This document shows positions 13,331 to 26,125 of a stretch of 64,000 nt of DNA, in pieces. The stretch comes from Sarea resinae (lineage: Eukaryota): positions 1 through 64,000 of the forward strand of contig JAPEUD010000019.1 in NCBI GenBank assembly GCA_026026165.1. Reading direction: 5' to 3'. Position 1 is the stretch's first letter. Every line of letters begins with the position of its first letter. The notes under the pieces are model-generated. The model saw nothing but the letters and a program-made list of their open reading frames with translations, made no database searches and was not told the DNA's origin. The translations under genes were made by a program, and so were the position numbers.

Positions 13331-13437
13331 GAGGATCTAGTCAGGAGAGCAAGCTCAAGTATCTCATAATACTATTCCTATCTATTGCTTGTTCATCCAA
13401 GATAACCCTGCAACACGACCGCTCCTTCTCCAACGGC

Positions 13438-15269
13438 TCATTCTCGTTCGCGCTCGATATAGAACCACAGCCGTCGAGCGGCCTCGTCCGACATCTCCGC
13501 CGAGTACTTCTCCAGATAGACATCAAACAGCTGCCGAAGCGTCACCTGGACGGCCTCGAAATCGAGCTGCGGCGACACCCAGCCCTCGTCGTCCGAGCCC
13601 AGCAGCTCCTGCGTACACGCCCGCAGCTTGTGCCAGTCCCGATACCGACCCACCTCGTCCTCATGCCTCTGTCGATCTTCCAATGAGATCTCGAATGGAC
13701 ACGTTCCGGGCAGGCCCATCGACTGCCACTTGTCCGCGACGCCGACCAGGCAAGCACGCAGCGGCACGATGCCGTCCTTGTGAGTGGTTTCGCCTCGGGT
13801 GAACAGGTCGCGCAGGCACGGCTCGGGCTGCGTCATCGCTAGGAAGGCCTGCCGGTGGTTTCGCGCCAGCGCTGCTTCGTAGCATTTCGTCTTCCGGGCT
13901 TGATCTCTCATCGAGACGAAAAGTTCTTGTTCGTCCGGGTACATGGCATGGAAGTTCCGAGGGACGTCGGGTACGAACGGTCCGGTCTGGTAGCCCTCGG
14001 GAGGGTTGAGGAAGATGGGCCATCGTGCTTGAACGAACAGTGGAAGGATAGAGGTGAACTGCCAGTCAATCAGGCCGACGATCACTCGAGGGTCCTCTTC
14101 AGAGACAAAGATATTGCCCATATGCAAGTCCGTGTGCCAAAGGGTGGGCTTGCAGTAGCGATCCAAAAGGGAGCATGATTCGAGAGCGCGAATGACCTTC
14201 CTAGCAGCTTCCAAGATCTGTCTATGGTCCTCGGACGAGCCAAAATGTGGTCCGACTGCCACATCAGATCGGGTTTGATCTGTATGCCAGGTCCCTCGTT
14301 GGCAAAGTCCGATGCCCAGTTCTGAAAGGCCAGTCCCTACGATTCGGCATGTCAGAACCATGTTACTGTAAAGGGACATTGACATACATGGGCCAGCACT
14401 TAGATCTACCCAGCTGAGATGCTCACCCGAGCCACCCGGCCACGAATCGTTGTATACAGGACCAATACAGTACAGGGCTTCCGGATCTACATAAGAATCC
14501 AGATCAATGGCCTTCTCGGGCTTGCCCTGACGGAAATACAGATTTCCATAAGCTGGGAATTTTATTGATGTTAATTGGCTTTCTAGTCGACTGAGACTTT
14601 GTATGAGTTCGAACTGGTCAAGCTCATTCATTTCGCCCCAGGCTTCAGAGAGCTGCTTGCCAGGGACCATTTCTAGAATGATATATTCTACACCAATAGG
14701 ATTATTTGCATCAGAACTCCATGCCAGTACTCCAGGCACCGGAATGGCAGTGTGCGTTTTCACTAAGAGGTCGGATCAGCATAGTGTTTCTCAATAAGCG
14801 CTTGCAGACTATTACCAAATGTTAAAACAGCCACTTCCGATGCGGTGCAGAATTTCGATGGTCCTGCATTGGGAAAGGGGATCTTGGCAACAGCCCGTGT
14901 CCCATTCTCCATGGTCAATATTAGAGCTTTGTTGAAGCCGCCTTCCACCTTGTCTATCTTGGAAACGGGCGATGAGACGGCTGGTATTGATGCAACCATC
15001 TTGCAAAGCTGGTCCACATCAAACTCGACATAGCGCTTAGCTGTTTCATGCTTCTCATTGACGAGAAATCGGCCATTGGTGTATCGGAAGAGGCCATCTT
15101 GAGTTATCGGTTTCCCTGTAATAATAAGAAGTCCGTGACGGCACGCTCGAAACAGCTTGGGTGTCAACATACCACGACAAGTCAATGATATGCTCCTCGA
15201 AATTGAAACCGAGACAGTTTTATTTTTTCTTTGGAAGAGAGTAGTACTGGCGGTGCGGAGCCGAAACAT
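13438..15269 (-). CDS. APH-type phosphotransferase, AIM9-like (4 exons, possible mitochondrial presequence)
   Basis: LFRYTNGRFL, EGGFNKALIL, AKIPFPNAGP..TASEVA, PVPGVLAWSSD.NPIGVEYIILE, catalytic-loop PTLWHTDLHMGNIFV, IDWQ. N-terminus is Arg/Ser-rich. Confidence 0.88.
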
Positions 15270-18200
15270 AGTCGAGGTTCAGCGCGGCTGGTCGACACGA
15301 TTTGTTCAGAGCAAGTATTCGGAGAATCCTGTTCATGCTTCTCATTATAACCCGAAGTCTTCATGTCACTAATTATCCCACAGAAGCAAAGTTGATGGAC
15401 ATGAAAGCATCCCGAAAATGTCAAATGAGTCAAAGAACAAAACCATCATGATATTGAGGCTCCGAGATGGCGATGCAGTCTTGTTCATAAACACAAGTGG
15501 AGTGATGGCACTGCTGCGAATCAGATCTTTGTCAGCCCCGGAATGTCTGTCATAGGCGCCTTTCAACGAAGTCCTCTGTGCGTGCGGGCCAGCGGAGAAA
15601 TGGTATATCGAGCGATAATGGATGCCACGAACGTCGGTTCTATAGCCACCTAGTAGACCAGACTCGAGCGGTCATGAGTCAAGGGGCTGTTCCCTTGGTA
15701 AGCGGTAAAGTTGCGGCAGGCGTCGCCGATGCCTGGATGAAGCCCATTAACACTGCTCAGTCCTACTCCCGACGTTGTCACCAGAGTACTAGCAAGATGT
15801 CGTAGATTGGTAGCAGATGGTTCAAGCTTGGTGAAAAGCTACTAGATGAATACCACAGCCCAAACCAGACTTGCGCTCATACATACATACCTTATGCACG
15901 AAGTTCAACCATGCAAGGTAATCTCTTCAGAACTATGGAAAATACAATCGTTCTACACTGATGTCGGCAAATGAAGCATTATCGCATATCGAAATGGATC
16001 ACCGTGCACATACCGAAGAGGGTCGCAAGGCAAAGTGGGTAGGAAGGTAGCTCACCCCTCCAAATCCCTAATAGCAGACAAGACGGGATAGGGAGGTATC
16101 TACTTCGCAGTCTCGACTAGGCTCAGTACTCGGGCTTCGTACTTGGAGTCCGAATGCAGACCATCTCACTTCCCCAGTATCTCAAGGAACGGAGATAGTC
16201 CTACTAATGCAAGCCGAACGGCTCGATCCGCTGATGACCGCCACTTCGGAATTGCAATGCCACACATCCTTGTGCGAATAAAAAATCACACAAATGCACA
16301 CAACTCCATGACCTCCGCCGAAAAAGGCCATGAATGGGCACGAGAACGTCAAAACCCATCACGGTCTGCCACGCGCTCTGCAAGCGTCTAGGGATGAATA
16401 GAGAATGCGACATCAAGATGATCATAATGTGCATGTACTGAAGTAAAAGGATCCATGACACTTCACATCTCTGTCTCAGGCTCCATTCCGGTTGGACAAG
16501 ATGTCCTGCACCGACTGTGTGATCATCTGTCAGGGTGGAGCCGCCCGGAATGCAACGAATTCACGACATCTAGCGTGCTTGCGCTCGTATCTTTCTGTCG
16601 TGGAGCGCAGAGTACTTCGTACATTCGCGCGCGGCCAACAATCTGAACCGCCCACCAGTTGCCATTACATATTGAAAACACCAACGCCTAATCGTTAAGG
16701 TTTCGCTATCGAATGACTGCAATATAACCAAGCCGAGTGAGAGCGTCGAATCCTGGCCCCTCGGCCGCGACTAAGGGCTTTCGGAAAGTTACTTTCTGAC
16801 ATAGCCGATCAGATCTGGCATATGAGAGCCGCTGCCTGCGCTCGGAGACTTCCACGAGCGGATAGAACGGAAGACGGCAACTGGCCACGCTTGTATAATT
16901 TGATTTGGCGACCTCCTCCATCACCAAGGTCCGACTGTTTGAGGAAGCTGTGGAACCATTCTTGCCACAAGGCCATTCCATCCCTCGCGTTTGAGGTTCA
17001 TGTTCGGTTGCCCGTCTTCCACCATCCGCGCGCGACCGCAATGTTGAACCAGAGTCCGTAGTGTCGACCGATGGACGTCGAGCAGAACGGGCGGTTGCTT
17101 TAAGCTTACCTTTGCATCGTGGATCCTACTTTATTGGATGTTCCCGTTCCCAAAGCAGCAAACAGTAACTTTTTCGAGGCTAGATATATAAAAGGAAGTG
17201 CCTGCGTTCCTGAGTGCTCAAAGGGGCCTAACATGGCGATCTGGTCTACTACGTACTTCGCGAGGGTCGAGGGTTCAAGATGGCCCGCCGTAGCCTTCCA
17301 ATAGAGCAGCCCTAAGGGCCAAGATTGATCTCCGGGCATTGTCGCCGTGCCCTTCTGCGGCGGCTAGGCGGTGATGCAATTTTCTAGGGGGCTGACTGAA
17401 TCATCCCTGACGGATTACCCCTTCAGTAAGGTAAAATGCACGAAGGTCACACGCTCACAATCCATCGCCAAAGCCGTCGATAAGCCGCGATCAGATCCTC
17501 AGGGAGGAAATCTAACGGTGACCAAGGCCGTAGCGCCCGTATCCCACTGCAGGAACCCAAGGCGCTTGCGGATCTTCTTCATCCATGAATTGCTTGCTTG
17601 CAGGATGACTTCTCTTCAAATATGATGATCAATTTTTTGCTGTCGGTCTGACTCACGAACTAGTCGTAGGAACGACTACCCAGGTAGAGTAGACGTCTAA
17701 TCTTAGAGTATGCTCATTTGGCAATTGGTAGAACTTCGAGCGAGATTGGTCCAGGGTTCGAGGGGGAGAATGCGACAGCCGTGGAGGGCGACATCAGTAC
17801 CTTGTGGCACACCGCACATCGCTAGCGCTGAAACAGCGGATACGTCGCGAGCGCTCGTATCCAAAGCGGGCGTTGAGTAATGATAGCCGCTCAACCAGAT
17901 GATGAGTAGTCTTCTAGGACGCCCATAATCATTCGGTCTCTTGCAGATGACAGACGCCGATCTATCCTTGTTAGAGACAATTAGTCCGACTGGATCTTAT
18001 TTGCAGCACCCTCGTCTATAACAGAAGACGGCATATGATGAGGCTCATATAAGTCTGCAATATGTACTAATAATCGCCCGATTATCGTCCATTCAGGCAT
18101 CAAGTCTCGTTGCAACTTGCTAGTAGATGGCCTCTCAAATCCACTCGACTTCTGATCAGATAGGACGAGCGGGCCCAGCGGGGAACGATTCCGCTGCCCG

Positions 18201-21200
18201 TGAGCGGGGTAGCTTCGTTTGTGCCTCGTCCTCGTACTGTGTATGAATCTTCTCGTCGACGAGCATTTGCTGTGCCTCGAAGGATCAAATCAAATCCACT
18301 GCCCATCTCTTATTTGCCTAATAAACGTGTGCACTGGCCGCCAGCGGCAGGGTGGCTCCGAGGATCCGCCCATTCCGCGCGGCGAGACGTCTGCTTCCCG
18401 AGCGTGCATGCAGCATGTTTCGCAAGCCCTCGACAACGACCAATGGCGGTGACCGTCGATCATCATTCATCGGCCGTCGCTCGCATTTGCCGATGACGCC
18501 AATGATGGTCCCTTCCAGGTTCTCCCGCCCAGTCCTCCCTCTCTTCCCTGCCTCCTACTCCTGCTGTACTCTAGAGTATCCTCCTCATACCAAGCCCACC
18601 TCCCTCCCCCCACCCTCGAAGGTCGTTGCCGCCCTCGCAGGACATCTGCAAGTTTTTATGTACGAATACGCACGAGGTAAGAAGTGAAAAGCCTGTATAC
18701 GGCGCATCACGATTTCGCTCTCGCTTTCGCCCCTTGCTATCACATCACAGCCATCCTGACCTCTCGCTCTCGCTCTCAGGGAGCGTCCGAGAGAGAGACG
18801 CGGGGATACTGAGTAAAGTTCTCGTAACGGGCGAGGGTTGAATCTAAGTACGGTACTATGTACACTATCGTGCATCCTAAGCAGGTAAGATATCTGCTAC
18901 CTAACTTGGAATCTGGCACGCCGCGACTCTCGATAGGATGATTAGACGATACCCTGGGTAGAGCAAGTCCACTACGACCGATGGGAGTACAAGACCCCTC
19001 CACTTATGGTGGGAATCAACCTTGAATAGCCTGGACAGCATCGCTTAATCAATTGGCCTAGATCTTTAGGTACCCGCAACGGAGCGCCATAGAGCTCTCC
19101 CTCGTCTCTCTTCTCTCCATCACGGGCAGAAACAACCGCCGTCTTCTAATTTGCAGATCGCACGTGGGACAGGGCCAATGGATGGGCGGAGCGGGGCATA
19201 TCATCCCACATACGAAACGGTACTACTCCTCTACATTACACAGTAGGTTTCTTCAGGTAAAGTCGATAGTCGCGGCCAGTGCTGAGTAAAGTACTTACCT
19301 TAGGTACCAGCACTACCTACCTGGTAGCCAGAGCGGATAATGCTTAAGTGTGAAGATTAGCAGAGAACAGAGGGAGCTTCAAAACAAGCCAGGTCTAAAG
19401 GGGCGAGTGGGAAAGCCAGGTCGGGGACCAGCTACTCATAGTAGAACCAGCCAGGGGGGCCTTGGACCGAAGCCACTCCCACTCTGCATTCTATGAAGTA
19501 CCTCATGCCCTGGACCGACCGCGGTACGGTATTGTGTATCACGAAGTACGCGTACTGGAGTCCGCAGTCTTACTTGACGAGTAGGGGTAGCGCAGTACTC
19601 CGAGTACCCGAGTAGTACCTGCTAGTGGGCAGTCGGTACTTGATGTACGTAAATCCCGTCGCCACTGCCTCCCTACGTCCAAGCTAAAGGCCAGGTACCC
19701 CCGCGGGTCTAAGTGGTCCTGAGATGCTTGTCAATTGTCCCAAGGGGCCTCAGGAATTCTAACCTCGCGCCTCGAGCGGACAAAGACCTCTGAGCTTGGC
19801 GAGCTGAGCGAGGTCAGCGAAACGGGCGCATACTGCCGGAATTGCCCTAGGCGCCAATGCCGCCGCCGTTGCCGTCGCTCTCAAGCCCATGGCACGTTTC
19901 GGCATGTCCGTCGTCACCACTTACTGCTCTGGGATCCTTTTACGTGGACGTACGCCGGAGTAGATCATCATCGACCTATTCGCACTCTCTGCCCGCTTGT
20001 CTGCCCATACTCTAGGACGGGAGCCTTGGCCCCATGGGAGGTGACTCTTCATGTGCTTGGATGTTGAGAAGCCATCCAGGGAGAGAGAGAGAGAGAGCCC
20101 TGGCACTCTTTCCTGGTCCCATGGCATGTGCCGCTCCCAGCCCTGGCAAGCTAACACTTTCACGTCAGATAGACTCGCGCCAATCGCTCCCGTGGTCATT
20201 TTCCGGTCGATGCAACTGGGTTGGACTGGATTTCAGACGGGGTGACGAGAGGGCAGAAAGGGAAAGGATATCTTCTTCACACGCGGTCAAACAGGTCAAG
20301 CCGGCCGAGGACCTACTATGGTACCTAGTAGTCTAGACCCCCCCGTCGATGAATCACGTTGTATGTACACTGGGAGGTAGTGGTGTAGTAGCGGTCGTAG
20401 CTTTAGCCGTGCGGGCGACAAGATGGGAATAGTAAGGCAAGGTAGGCAGAGTAAGGTATGGATAGCCCAAAGTTAGTCGTCGAGTGGGCAAGAGAAGCAA
20501 GCGGCTACCACTACGCATTATTGCTCTTGTAAGATACGACTATTCTTGCCCCAGTCGGACCCGTACCATACATCTTCCCGCCGCCCAGTCCTACTTCTAG
20601 AGTAGTTGCGCCTGTCTATTACCGCTCTCCTGGGTTCCGCGCTCTCATATACCTCATTGCCCTTACTGTCGGTATCGCCCTCGCCCAGACGCTTCTCACC
20701 AGACCCCTCCACGTCTTCATCCTGCTTCGACCACAGACGCCATCGCTTTTGCCGCGATATCGGATTGGAGGAGAAAGGTCCATCGTAGGTACGCGCGCGA
20801 GAGAGGGCGAGAGAGGGCGTGTGTGTATACTGGTGTGGGTGTGCGTGTGTGCCTAGGGACTCACTCGGCAGATACGTTTCTCTCACCTTACATACCGCAA
20901 GCAGGCCAACAGCGCGCGTGCATCTGCCGATCAGCGCTCTCATCCAGTGCCGCATCCCGCGAGTGTGCTGCCGGCGATCGAACGCCATCGGTCAAGGCAA
21001 ATTGTGCGTGTGGCTATATTGTTCAATGAGAGAGCTCCCTGTGATGTATATTCGGGGCTCCCTCTAGCCAAGCAACTCTGTCCCACGGCTACATCACCTA
21101 TCATCCGAGAAGGCAGAAACAGCTTCTCGACGAGCGTATTACACGCAGTATTCACCATCATCGTACAAGCGCTTGCCTGTTGGGATATCCGCCTGAAACG

Positions 21201-21798
21201 AGTACCGGTCCTCCAAATTCATTCGCGGTGTCTTGGCTGACGCTTGCCAATTACGAAGGATTAGGCGCCTAATTTGAGCCTTGAATGCAACCGCAGCGAC
21301 ACAGCCCACCATCTCTTCGACAGCGACCACATAACCTTACGCGTGTCGCAGAACGTTGCACGGCGTGGCGCTAGCTCTCGGATTGGACGAAGCATACGGC
21401 CACCGAAACGTGGAAGCATAGAAGAACGGCCTCTTATTGCCCTGCTTTGGCGCCTCGACTTCAGACCATAAGCGCACTCATCGTCACTACAAGAACAGTG
21501 GCCTTCCACCTGGCCGGCGATCTCGTCATCTTCGAGCAGCTCAAGTAATCAAAAAGTACGTTCCGTTCCGTCATCGGTCGAAGTTACACGACAACAATAA
21601 GCACACGGCTGGGTTCCGTGTCTCTTGCCTTGCGATCGCGGCACGTTGAAGCTGTCGCATCCCCACATTTCGCCACTCACCTTTGGGTCTTTCCTTCTCA
21701 AAGCTAGGCTCCCGTTGTGGGGTGTCTGTTGCTGTTCCGTTGTAGTTGTGACTTTGGCTCATCATCTCGATTTCTTGAGGAGATAGAAGTTGAAAACA

Positions 21799-24089
21799 AT
21801 GACTTCAATGTTTCCACATCAGCCGCAGAAAGCACCGGGGTCTGTCGAAGAGGAGCGTGCTGACGAGCCCGCACCGTCTCGATTTACGGCGGTCAATGGC
21901 CAAGAATCTTCGACGGCCGCCAGCGAGGTTAACGTCACTCGGACCGAGACTGATAATCAGAACAATGGCTCGCGACGTCCCAGTGTATCAAGCAACAAGT
22001 CTGCAGAACGAACAAACACATCTACTCGGCGGGAAGACTGGGCTCGTCCTGCACCTAGTGGGCCTGAACCGCAACCCATCCATGCATCCACTACTCAACC
22101 GCAGAACGATCATTCCACCAATTCGCCGAATGCCAGCGCCCACAAGCGAAAACGGTCGATTTCCGACGAACGGCAGTCTTCAAGTACTGCTTCGTACCTG
22201 AACCACGGCCTTCCAAAAAGTCCGACAAGAGAACACCAGGATTTCACTGACTCTGGCGTGGGAACAGAGGCCGCTGATAGCGATGGCCACGACAAACGTT
22301 ACCAAGGAGCCACGAGCCCCAATCAAGACTCTCAGCGTCGCTTTCCACAATATCCCCAAATCGAGAACGATAGACGGGAAAGTAATCAGCCCAGTGGGCA
22401 TTGGTACAGTCAAGAAGTGCAAGCGTCGAATCAGCCTTACAGCGCGCAGCGAGCTGATAGTCCGGCAAACTCTGACGCACAACTGGCCGAGGCCCTTCAA
22501 CGGGAGTCTCAAAATATGGGATCGAGCCGAGGAGATTATAGCACGAGAAGCCCAGAAGGCGAAGATATACAGGGAACACCGCAGCGGACCAGTGAGTACG
22601 GCACAGATCGCGCGCCGCAGTCGGGTGTTCAAGTAGATCATAAGCGGAGGAAGAGAGTCTTTAGCAACAGGACCAAGACTGGATGTATGACCTGCCGCAG
22701 GCGGAAGAAGAAATGCGACGAGGAGAAACCTGAGTGTGGGTCTAGTTCTACCCCGTTTAGACGTTTGAAGGGGTCCGAGAAGCTAATTTCAACGTTCAGG
22801 TAACAACTGTATGCGTGGTGGATTCGTTTGTGAAGGCTATCACCAGAAGAATACCTGGCAAAAACCGTCGACCCTTAAAGCCCCTGTGCCGTTGCAATCG
22901 AAGGAAGGATACCACGCGACCAGTTCCCAAGCGAACACAAACCATCCATTCAGGCGTGAACTCACTCCTCCGGTCTACACAAATGGTCTGCCACATCCGC
23001 CGCCTCCTCTCCACACTTCTACCATAGAGGGCGCTAGGGTCAGGCCGATTGTTCTTGACGACGAACATGATCGGTCACAAAAAGCCGCGAGTCCGCACAA
23101 TCCGTCCATCTGGTCGAAACCCTCGTGGCCTAACCCAGGCAATCCGTCCTACTTATCAGAGCACCTCCCACAAACCGACTTCTCACGCGTTCCCCCACTC
23201 CATGAGTTAACGAGGTCGGATCAAAAGGACGCTTCAGCTACTCCATCATCTGCGACCGCAACTCATCGCTCACTCGTTCATCCTTCTAGCACCAGCAGTC
23301 CAAATACCCCTCAATCTATACAGGCGAAGGCACAACTTGCTATCCAGCATGCCGCACCTATTCGTCCGCCCCAGATTCGGCCTATGGAAAAGACACAGAA
23401 AGAGAAGATGCTTGCGGGTGAATTATATCTCCCGTTCAGTTCTACATTGGTCGAAGAGCGCGAGCGATGCAAAGCTGCTTGCTGGCGCTTCAACAATTCT
23501 ACGAATCCAACACTTGGTGTCAGCCGTGAAGAGCGGGGCCGCCTTTTTCGCGAGATTCTGCAACCGCCAGATGGTACACCTTACAACAGCACTGGCACAC
23601 CGTCTCCCATCGGGAGCGTTGGTGACCGTGTCGTCGTTGATGCACCTTTCACATGTGATTATGGATACAACATCACAATTGGCGACGATGTTGTTATAGG
23701 GGCAAATTGCACGATTCTTGATACATGTAGTATCAGCATAGGGGCGAGATGTATTTTCGGACCTAATGTCCAAGTATACGGTGCCACCCTACCAATCGAC
23801 CCCCGAAGGAGGAACGGCAGTCAAGGGCCGGCGATTGGTGGAAGTATAGCTATTGAGGAGGACTGCTGGATCGGTGGTGGAGTCATTATTCTTCCTGGTA
23901 TCAGGATCGGAAAGAGCTCGACCGTTGGAGCTGGTTCTGTTGTGACAAGAGTGAGTCTTCAATCACCCTCTAATCATGTCGAAGCTAGAAGTTGACTCGC
24001 TTTGTTAACAGAACGTACCGCGCTTCACCGTGGTTGCTGGCAACCCGGCGCGTGTTCATCGTGGCATCTACCAAAATGAACAATTTTAA
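21799..24089 (+). CDS. Zn(II)2Cys6 transcription factor fused to a C-terminal maltose/galactoside O-acetyltransferase-like (Mac + hexapeptide left-handed beta-helix) domain; introns 22736-22799 and ~23951-24011
   Basis: RTKTGCMTCRRRKKKCDEEKPEC/NNCMRGGFVCEGY spans the intron. EKMLAGELY, PFTCDYGYNITIG, DCWIGGGVIILPG, VGAGSVVTR/NVPRFTVVAGNPAR. Confidence 0.92.
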
Positions 24090-26125
24090 GCATGTTGGTG
24101 AAGGCATCATCTCGGCTTATGGCGCCGATTAAATGTTACTCTCGTTTGCTTTGTTCTTGTTACATGTCATCCGTGGTGGTCTATATCATGCTGAGTCTCA
24201 TGGTACGTCTGATTGTCTACGAAAAAGGGGTCATGGCTGGTATTGGAGTATTGCGAAGCATAGTTTTACGAGTTGCTGTTTCTGATGTGGTATTTACGCC
24301 TTCCGGATGTATGACATTTCTCTGCGATATACCTTGCATCGCGTCGGCTTTGGGGAACTGAGGAGGGATCTGTGAGGGGTAAGTGAGCAGGGGCGGGGCT
24401 TTGCTTTGAATTTTTTCCCTCTGTTCGGCTGTATGACTTCTCTATTCGATTCCAAATGGGGTGGCTTGACAGGATATCTTAAGCCTGCCGCCACCTGCTA
24501 TCAGCTCCTGCATGCTTTACTAGGTGTCTTGTCTTCACGAACTCTAACCTTTATGACTGCGGCTATATCCCCATTAAGACTAACATCGGGCACATTATCC
24601 TTACATATGCATACATTCATGCTTAAGGTGTTGCTGATAGTACAATTCTTAACAGGCACTCGCTAGATGCATGAGGCCATATTCCACCTGCACTCAGACT
24701 GTAGCACCAGACCAAGATCATGCATTCTCTCTTGGCACTGTGATTGGCCTTGTACATCAAAAGGAACTCATCTAGCCTTCAGTCGTAACCGTACCTTAGT
24801 AGGTTCCGTCTTCGGTTGTCGGCTGTCCCTTGGCCGTCGTTCTACAGCTTCCCATATCAGAAAGCCAGGACGGGCAGCTTTGACTTCTGGCCCGATCAAA
24901 CACGTGGACGCCATTGGGGACCTTGGGATGCATGATCCTCGCTTTGAGCCACAGCAGGCCGTCGACATGATCGACGGCTTCATTCAGGTAGAGTGACATA
25001 TGTATGACAAGAGACTGGATTGTGCCAAGTCGCCTAGATGGTAGATTCTGCTCCGTCCTCGGCATGGGAGTGTTGATGCCCTGATGCCCGCCACCTTCAG
25101 CAGACATGGAATGGCATGAGGAAGCATGTCCGAAAGTGGGTTTTGGCGGATCCTTGACTCCGATCCGATGATCCTGACGGAGCCAGGGGCCATGCGGTCT
25201 ATCTGGGACACTTACTACTATAGTACGTAGGCGAGCGGGGTCTACTTTGTATTGCGGCACTGCGGTACTTTACTGCGGTAATCCTACGTTATAGAGTATG
25301 GAGTACCCATAGCATCCATTGTGATCCCCTACGGTCCCTCCAGTGATTGCCGATCGCGTCCGGCTATTCGAGCTCTCTATATAGGATTAGCCGTGGACAG
25401 TGTTGATGTCGGCGCTTTGGAACGACCGATTGTCCGACTAGGACGAAGTCACTGGCTCTAGCACTCTACAGGTAAGTGTGTCCTGCGGATGAAGTGCGAC
25501 GTATCCTCGCAACTCTACCTCAAACAAGCAGAGCCAAGCTGAATACCTCATTCAGTCCTAGCCTATGCTCCAGGCAAAGGCCAATGCAGAGGCGATCGTG
25601 CCAGTTGACGGTGATGGTGCTGGTCGTGCTGCTGAGTGAGATAGGTACGATGAGGGGCTTCTCATCAGGAATGTTTACTATCTCGGGAGTCAATCAATAG
25701 TCAAGACCACCCTGGCCTCGAGATGTCATGGATGATGGATACTCGTGCAATCCTCGCACAACTACATCTTTCCAATGCGAGGGCCCTGGGTGGCTCTTCC
25801 TTCTCCCTAGCGACGTCGAATGTTTGCATCGCTTGCATCGCGTCCGACCCTCTGTGACACCCTGGAAGCTCGTTCCCCGCTTGAAAGTTGAAGGGTGCCA
25901 ATAGATTGATATTATGCTCATCTTCGATGATGCTGTACCCATTGAGGGGTCTGTCAAGCTTACAGATGATCGACGGTTGCGCTTTGAACATGCTTTTTGC
26001 TAGCACGACATGGGCTAAGGTCAGCGTTTGAACTGCATTCATCGTGCAACTTGGCATATAAGTGCTGCTCTTTGGCTTTCTTTTGAGGATGTTTTCATTA
26101 TCATTGCCAACTTCGCATCTGCAAC

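Noticed and set aside
18035..18156. ATGATGA...CTGA box C/D-like pair
   Set aside because: No terminal stem or convincing rRNA-complementary guide recognised; likely chance
24667..26100. Short ORFs between the transcription factor and the NRPS-like gene
   Set aside because: No recognisable motifs or consistent exon structure
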